DNA from: the human T2T-CHM13v2.0 reference genome, Homo sapiens
Direction: 5' to 3' (one strand)
NCBI RefSeq assembly: GCF_009914755.1
Contig: NC_060938.1
DNA: 64,000 nt
Every line of letters starts with the position of its first letter. Within the stretch, counting starts at the first letter, position 1. The notes under the pieces are model-generated. The model was not told the DNA's origin. It did no database searches and was given only the letters and a program-made list of their open reading frames with translations. This document shows positions 55,783 to 64,000 of this stretch, in pieces. The translations under genes were made by a program, and so were the position numbers.

Positions 55783-57547
55783 GTCAGAAAGGCATGCAGT
55801 ACTCTGTGAGTGTAGGATGGTGTTGAGAGTCAGGAAAGAGTTGTGAAGAAAAGGGTATGTGAGTGAGGGGTCAAGGCCGAGCATATAGGTGGAAAGTCCC
55901 AGCAGAGGGAGCCGTGCAAGCATCCCCTCAGGCAGCAGGGATGTGGCACGACTGGGGGACCGGTGGCCGTAGGGCAGAGGCAGAGCCGGGAGTGTGCGAG
56001 CTGAGCATGGAGAGGAAGCCACTGCACCCTAGAAAAAGGCACTCCTCCCACGAACAGGAGAGTCCACAGAGATTTCTGCAAAGAGAGAAGCCATGAGTGC
56101 TCGTTCAGTGCCTACAGTGTTTGGGGCAGCTGTGCATTTTCTTCACAAATTCATTCCTTAAGAATGAATTTAAGAAACACTGCTCCATGCATTATACGAG
56201 ACAGAAAATCCCAGTTAATACTAACAGATCCTTAGCTCGGGATTGTCCGGAGCAGGCACGCTGTCAGCAGGGGCTGCTCTGGGGTCTGTGGTGTCAGGGG
56301 CTCCCCAGAAGCTGCAGCGCAGAAATGGGGGAGGCTGAGAGCGACTCAGGCCTCCTTGCAAATGAAGCTGAGGGGAGATACCTTTCCGATCATGCTGGTG
56401 ATGAAACTCGCAGACACAAGTGACTAACCAATTGATAAGTATTGCTCACTACTCGCAGAAAATATAGATTTTTTTTCTTAAAAATCATAGACAAAACACA
56501 GTTAATTAATTTAATGGTTATACCTTTCCTGACATACTATGTAACCTTGGCTTATATGCCTGGCTTAGAGATGTTTTCCAAAGTTGTGGTGTAACAAAAA
56601 CATTTAAATAATGAGTATTCCGGTGGTATTTTTGAAATGGCAGTTACCAGCAAATAAACATCTGTTTGGACGTGGTAACAGGGAAACTACTCTGCATCCA
56701 TTCACCCCTCTCAACAGTTGATTCTCCTGCAGCACAGAAGGCTTGCTTTATTTATGAAGCAAACGTCTTCTTCACTCCCAGGACTTCACCATTGGTAGGC
56801 CACCCTAGCCTGCCTCTAATCATCACTTCATCGTCTTTCACAACCTGCATTTTCCCTGCCCCTGATTTCTCATTCTGTTATTGACCTCTTGCACATTCCC
56901 CCTCTGGTGTGAATTACTTTTGCTGACTAAACTCAGGCATGGTCCCAAAACTATAATTTGAGCTCACCCCCATGGTGGCACCTCAGGCTGATTGCATGAC
57001 CTAATCTCGGCAGAATCCTCCCAGCTCAGGGACCGCACTCTCAGACGGCAAGGCCAGTGATCTCTCAAATTCATCCCACGCAAGTGAAGACAGCTCTTCC
57101 CTCAGAAGACGCAGGCTGCAGCTAGCTTGAGGAGAGATCAACTCTTCCCATGCAAAGGCACGAATATACTGTGGCTAAAGTTTATTGGAATTTCCCTCTG
57201 ATTAAGTATGTTTATAATTCCATCTGCAAAAACCAGCAGTAAGCTGAAATGGAAAGCATTACCTGAGATTATATTTCCATTTTGCCCCATTAAAAAAGAC
57301 TAGAATTTAATTTCCAAGGATGTCTTAGCACAGATGCTTAAATCGAATGCGTACTTCCTTAGGAATGAAGAAATAGCAATGCATGTAAGGATAAGTAAGT
57401 CAGAATGAGAGAAAAAAATAGTTTTTTAAAAAAGTACAGGTGACTAAACCAGCATAGGGCTAAGTAGGTTTAAAGGATGAAGACATTAATAAAGAGCTTC
57501 CTGCAGGGTTATCAACAGAAATACTTTTTCATAGAAATTAGTGGGAT

Positions 57548-57778
57548 TTAAACACTGCATGTTCTCAGTTATAGGTGGGAGCTCCAAGCTATGCATTGAG
57601 CACACATGGACGTACACATGGGAACAACAGGCGCTGTGGACTGCGGGGGCCAAAGAAGGGAGGGGCATGCATTGAAAAACTACCCAGGGGTACAATACTC
57701 ACTAGCTGGGTGTAATACACCCATGTAACACACCTGCATGTGAACCCCCATATCTAAAATAAGAGCTGAGACTTTCAA
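57548..57778 (+). mobile_element. L1 (old PA/PB) 3' end
   Basis: gcatgttctcagttataggtgggagct..ccatgtaacacacctgcatgtgaaccccc. Confidence 0.85.
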
Positions 57779-58314
57779 AGAGGAGCAGTTACTTTGACTG
57801 ACTTTTATTAGTAGTTGTAACTCTTTTCTTTTCCTGGAAACCTGAGTCCTAAATTGGAAGGTAGTAGCCACAGGGTACCTTAGTTCAGATAGTTTTTGAA
57901 GATAAGCAATTAAAATAGATCAGGGAATGGCTCCTTTTCAAACCTGTGAGCTAAGAATCCAGAAAGCAGGTTGTTCCAAGATGATGCTGTGAAAGAAAAA
58001 ATTGGCCTTTCACTGGGGACAGGGTTCTTTCCAACCTTATGTCTGGCTCTTGTACTTTCTCTTTCATCTCCTTTGTGACCCCATGGACTCTCAAATTGAA
58101 ATGAAGTAAATTTATTCACATTAAGGCATTAAACTACTAATGGCTTCATGTGTTCTCTCTTCCACTGGTGTTTATATTTGATAGAAAATAATGCCCTAAA
58201 AAATGAATGGTTTAGGGAAGCTAATGGAAGAGATGAAGGCTGGAAGGGGCAGGTTCTCAATCACATGACGTTCAACGTGCTCAGCTACATAATCAGCTCA
58301 GAAAGGAGCCTGAA

Positions 58315-59294
<980 letters not shown>

Positions 59295-61999
59295 AAACTG
59301 TTCTTATTCTGATCCTGACTGTTTTCTGTGGTTTACCTGTTTTAAGACTTCTTGGTGATCTTTGATTGACATATTCATCAAATCTGCATCCCACATATTT
59401 AATAAAGACAGGAAGAGAGAGAGGGAGGCAAAAAAAGAGGAAGGAAGAAAGGAAAGGAAAGGGAAGAATAGATGAAGGGAATAAAGGAAACCTAATAAAC
59501 TATCCACAGGGAATGCACTGTAGGGGCCACGGGGATGTGTATTCAATGCACACCAGGTTCACGGCCAATACCCAGCTGTGCTCATGACTGAAATGCTTCC
59601 AGCAGATGTGCTACGCCCTGGATATCTTCCACATAAGCCTGACCTGTGTTCGTTTCCTGAACACATTGTAGACAGATTTACTCTTAAGACGTTTTGTTTG
59701 ACCTACCCTTTGTTTTATGACAAAAAATGTAATTGCTGGTAGTTAAATGTAGAAAGTTTTATGTGAAAGTCTGTATCTCCATTTTATCTTGAATTTGAAA
59801 ATAACTGGTAAGACAGTCACCAAGGACCTGTGACAAACAGTGGGCTGGAGCTGCAGAGCTGCTGTCCCTTGCAGCAGGGCACCAAGCACAAACGTCCCAG
59901 AGTCACCTCTGACCTGCCCCAATCTTCCCTGTTATCTACCCCGGCAGGACTCTGAGAGGAGGCTAATCATCTCAAGATCATCTTTAAATCTCTTCGGGCA
60001 CATGAGAACAATGTTCTGTGCCAACAAAATATAAATTAAAAGGCAAAAAGTCACCTGATCACACCACACAGTGGCAGCCCTCTACATTTTGGTCTGTTTT
60101 TAGCAAGCATTTTTTCTCATGTTTAGTATTACGTACTTAGGATCATATATGATACACGATTACACAAAAATGAGGATGTTTTTGTATATCCACGAAGTCA
60201 CTGTATTTTCCATATTAGAATAAGTGTTTGACATGCCATTAAAAATGCTTTTAAACATAGTGTTCAGTACTGCATAATTCCCCACTGTGTGCATGCACCA
60301 TAGCTCACTCCGTGAATTTTATCTGTCAACATTTAGGTTCATTTTTTCTTACTCTAAATAATGATGATGAACATCTTTATAAAACAGCTAGTTATACTTA
60401 GGATAAATCCTAAAAGTGGGTGAAAGAATATACATACTTTTAAAGTATTTACTATGTGTATCTTCTTTCCCTTGGATGGAAATATAAGCAGTTTTTTATT
60501 TCACTTTTTGTAAAATTTTCAATTAAAAGTTTATTTTTTCAAAATTTATGTTCTGTATTAGCAAATAGAAACAAGCAGCTAAAATTTGAATCCCTAAAGT
60601 ACATTTTAAGTGTTACTTTAAATATATTAGGCTGTCTATGCTATGTGGCACAAAAATATAAAAACTGTGGACTTGGTCCAAATGTTTGGGTGATACCATT
60701 CTTTGTGGGCTGGTGTTCTCATTTTTTAACTCCTATGATGGTTTCAGAATTTTTTGGCACATCCATTATTGGGACACTTTTGGACTATGATGTCAAGGTG
60801 ACCATTCTAACAGGCTAGTTTTTTAACTGCAGTCAGTGGCCACATGAGAGGCTTTGTAAAAGTCCTGGACGAAATTCTCACTTTAAAAATTGTATGTCTG
60901 ACACTAAGTGGACATTCAAGTGTGCTGATAATGAGTGCGGGGAAGCTTTCACTAACTGAGAAGAAGGGCAGAAATTAGCATGAAATCATGGAGTAGGTGT
61001 GGGCAGCAAGAAGCCAAGCACAACCTGAAAGAAAAGGGAACATGATTAAGCAAATTCAATCCCAGGGCAGCTAAGAAAACCACAGACGATGTTGCCACCA
61101 AAATGGACATGTGACTGATGCAATATTTATATACACAAATATAAAGCAGAATTTGCATTCTATCATCTTCAGGTTAAGCATGGATCAACCCAAAAACAAG
61201 GATTCTATGCTACAGACTTAGGAGAAAACCTTACCATAAGAAAAACTACTTCAAAGTCATCTGGACTAACAATCTGATCCTCATGGCCAATGCATGCTGA
61301 ACAGAACACAGGGCAGCAAAAAGTGACCCCAGAGAAGGAAGGAAGAGGGAACGGGAAAGGAGAGTTTGGTTATCATTGCTCTTGGAGAAATAAGATGCAT
61401 GATGTTTTATTAATAGGCACAATTCCTTTATGTAAGTAACCTGATAAAAGGTAGTAGGTTGATTTCATGCTCTGCTGAAGAGAAGTGGGATGGCTTTCTA
61501 CCCGGAAGCCACTAGGGCTCTTTTAGGCACTGCATGGAGCATATTTGCTTTTTTCCTTTATATAAATTGCAAATAGCATCTTAGTCATATAAAAGAGTTG
61601 GTCCAGCTCCCTGCAAAAATGCTCTGTTATGTCCAGTGTGCATTTCATATATTTCACATGCTCCAGGGGCTGTCAGCTCATGCAGTCATATCCAACATTG
61701 ACATTGACTATGGCAGTCACAATGACAGCAGTTTTGTTCTTTCATGCCATTTGGTACTCCACAATGCACTACTTAACCCAAGACAATTTTCAGGTTTCAC
61801 TGATATCTTTGAATCCCCTTAGAAAGAGGAAACCTCCCTAAAAAGATCTTAGGACATACAACCAAGTATGAATTCTACTTAGAAAATCTTATGATATGTG
61901 ACTAAGGTACATAAAATTCTCATATTTTAGCCAGTTTTATTCATCACAAAGTTTTGGAGATATAGATTCCATTGTGTTCTGATTCACAACTGCTATTTA

Positions 62000-63620
62000 G
62001 TCATTCAATTAATAAATCTGTACTGAATGCCTAGTTGTGCCAAGTGCTTCTAGGCCCTGGTCATAAAGCAGTAAAGAAGACAAACAGGACTTTCTGTTCT
62101 CATGAAGAAAACTAAACAGGGCAGACAGAGTGCCAGCCTGCCATGCAAGCATGGTGATCAGGGAAGGGCTTGCCAGAAGGTCCATGAGCAAGACCTGTAA
62201 AAGTGAGAGAGCCACCCACAAAGATGTTGGAGAAAGGATGTTGCAGACAGAGGCCTAGAGGAAGGAGCATAACCTAACATGTTTGAAGAGCAGCAAGCAG
62301 TCAAGAGAGGGTGAGCAAAGGAAGCACATGTGAGGTGGAGGAGGAAGGGGCTGGGGGCCACCAGATGGAGGGTTTTTGGTTTTTACTGATTGTGGTGAGA
62401 AGCCATTGGACATGTTTACAAAGGACTGATATTACCAGACCTGTCTTTTAACAGGATCCCTATGTAATGAATAGAAGACTAAGAAGAGCCAATGGAAGAG
62501 GGAGAACAGTTAAGAGACTGTTGCCATAATCCAAGTGCAAGGTGGAGGTGACTTGGACCAGGAGTAGCAAGATGAGTGGTGAAGAAGGGTCAGGTTATGG
62601 ATCTATTTGGAAGATAGAATCACAGACGTTCTGACAGATTAAATTAAGCATAGTGGAGAAAGAAGGGAGTGTAAGGATTATCTCCTAGGTACGTGGGTAT
62701 ACCCATTTGGAGTTCAAGGGTAAGGTCTGGACTAAACCTTTGAATCTGGGAGTCGTCAGTGTATGGATGGTGCTTAAAGCTATGAGACTGTTTGAAATCC
62801 CTAAGGGAGTACATGCGGGTAGAGAAGATGTCAGAGGACTAGCCCCTAAGTTGTTGCAGTGTGTAAAGGACAGGATGAACAGCAGGAACCAGCAAAGCAG
62901 AGGGAGAAATGAGGCCAAAGATGAAGGAAGGAAGCCAAGAAGCCTGTGGGGTCATGGAGCCAAGTGAGAAAGTGTTTGAGGGTCAGGCAACAACCAGCTG
63001 TGTAAATGCTATTCATGGCTAAGTGAGAAGAGGGTTAAGAATCGATCATGGGCTGTAACAACATGGAAGATATTCACATTTTGAAATGAGCAATTTCTGT
63101 GAAAGGACAGAGGAAACTGTCAGACCTAGTGGATCTAAGAGGAAGAATGAAGACAAAAATTGGAGATGGTAAATATGAAAACACTTTCAAAGAATTTCAC
63201 TCTGAAGAAAGCAGAAATAGTGCAGTAGTTTGAAAGGAACATAAGATCAGGACAGGTAGTGCCAGATGGGAAAATTCAACTGTGCATGTTGATAGGAACA
63301 CTCCAGTAGAGACAGAAAAGTCGACATTGTGGGAGGTAGAAGGAGAATTGCTGAAATTCGAGAGAGATATTGGGATTTAGTGCTCCAGTTTAACTTATGG
63401 GTAACAAAAAGGAAGACAGTGTTTGGACATAGAGCCAGGTGGGGGGTGATGAGGAAGTAGCAGTTTGCAGAAGCTCTCATCTTATTCTGGTTTTGGCTTA
63501 AATTTGTTTTTCTTTCAGTGACATATACCCCAAAGTCATTAACTGAGAGTGAGGATGGGAGAGAAAACATTAGAGGCTTAAGAGGAGAGAGAATCTGAAG
63601 GAGCCTCCCAGAAACATGAA
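62000..63620 (-). mobile_element. Long L2 fragment
   Basis: tcattcaattaataaat..tgtgccaagtgct, gagccattgga and atttgggagtcatcag-like motifs. Confidence 0.75.
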
Positions 63621-63678
63621 TGAGCGAGGGAAGGCATTGGAATGGCAGGTGTGCTAGGAGCCTACTAGCGGTTAGCGA

Positions 63679-63932
63679 CAGGGCCAGCTGCATTGGTGGC
63701 TTAATGTGTGTGACTGTGGAGTCACACATAATTTTTGCAATTTGTAAGTTTATGTTATTTCTCGTGTGTCACTGTTGCCTGTTTTATGGTTTATAAGTCA
63801 CAAATTATTTTTAAAATGAAAACACCTTAGATTTTAGTGCATTTAATGAGGCTTTTTTAAAATGTCTTCTGAATTAACAGCCCCACACTTTCATTTTGCC
63901 CTGGGCCCTGCAAATCAGGCAGCCAGCCCCGG
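63679..63932 (+). mobile_element. hAT MER45-like element
   Basis: cagggccagc..ttcattttgccctgggccctgcaaat..gccagcccc. Confidence 0.55.
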
Positions 63933-64000
63933 TTAGTGATCACAAATGTAAGGGAAGAGCAATCAGCGTCACTGTGGGCTTCTCCAGCCACACTCAGCTC

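Overview
This is primate, almost certainly human, genomic DNA: it carries AluY/AluS, L1PA, THE1 and LTR12 elements. No intact protein-coding gene is supported, and the long ORFs in the track come from tandem repeats, Alus or low-complexity sequence. Most of the window is transposon debris plus five minisatellites. The main discovery is at the left end (1-6425, minus strand): a heavily decayed, intron-containing pseudogene that no single ORF in the track reveals. Reading across frameshifts and stops gives, in order, a two-exon RRM, a TDRD1-like MYND zinc finger and about six extended Tudor domains running off the window edge. This is a Vreteno/TDRD1-type piRNA-pathway architecture that I cannot match to an intact human gene. 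Other observations include a CpG-island-like VNTR next to its CpG-free ancestral copy, an octamer-motif (ATGCAAAT) minisatellite, a polar G-rich VNTR with a flanking hairpin, several motif-dense enhancer candidates and a solo LTR12. Repeat subfamily names and boundaries are from visual recognition and are approximate. No database searches were run.
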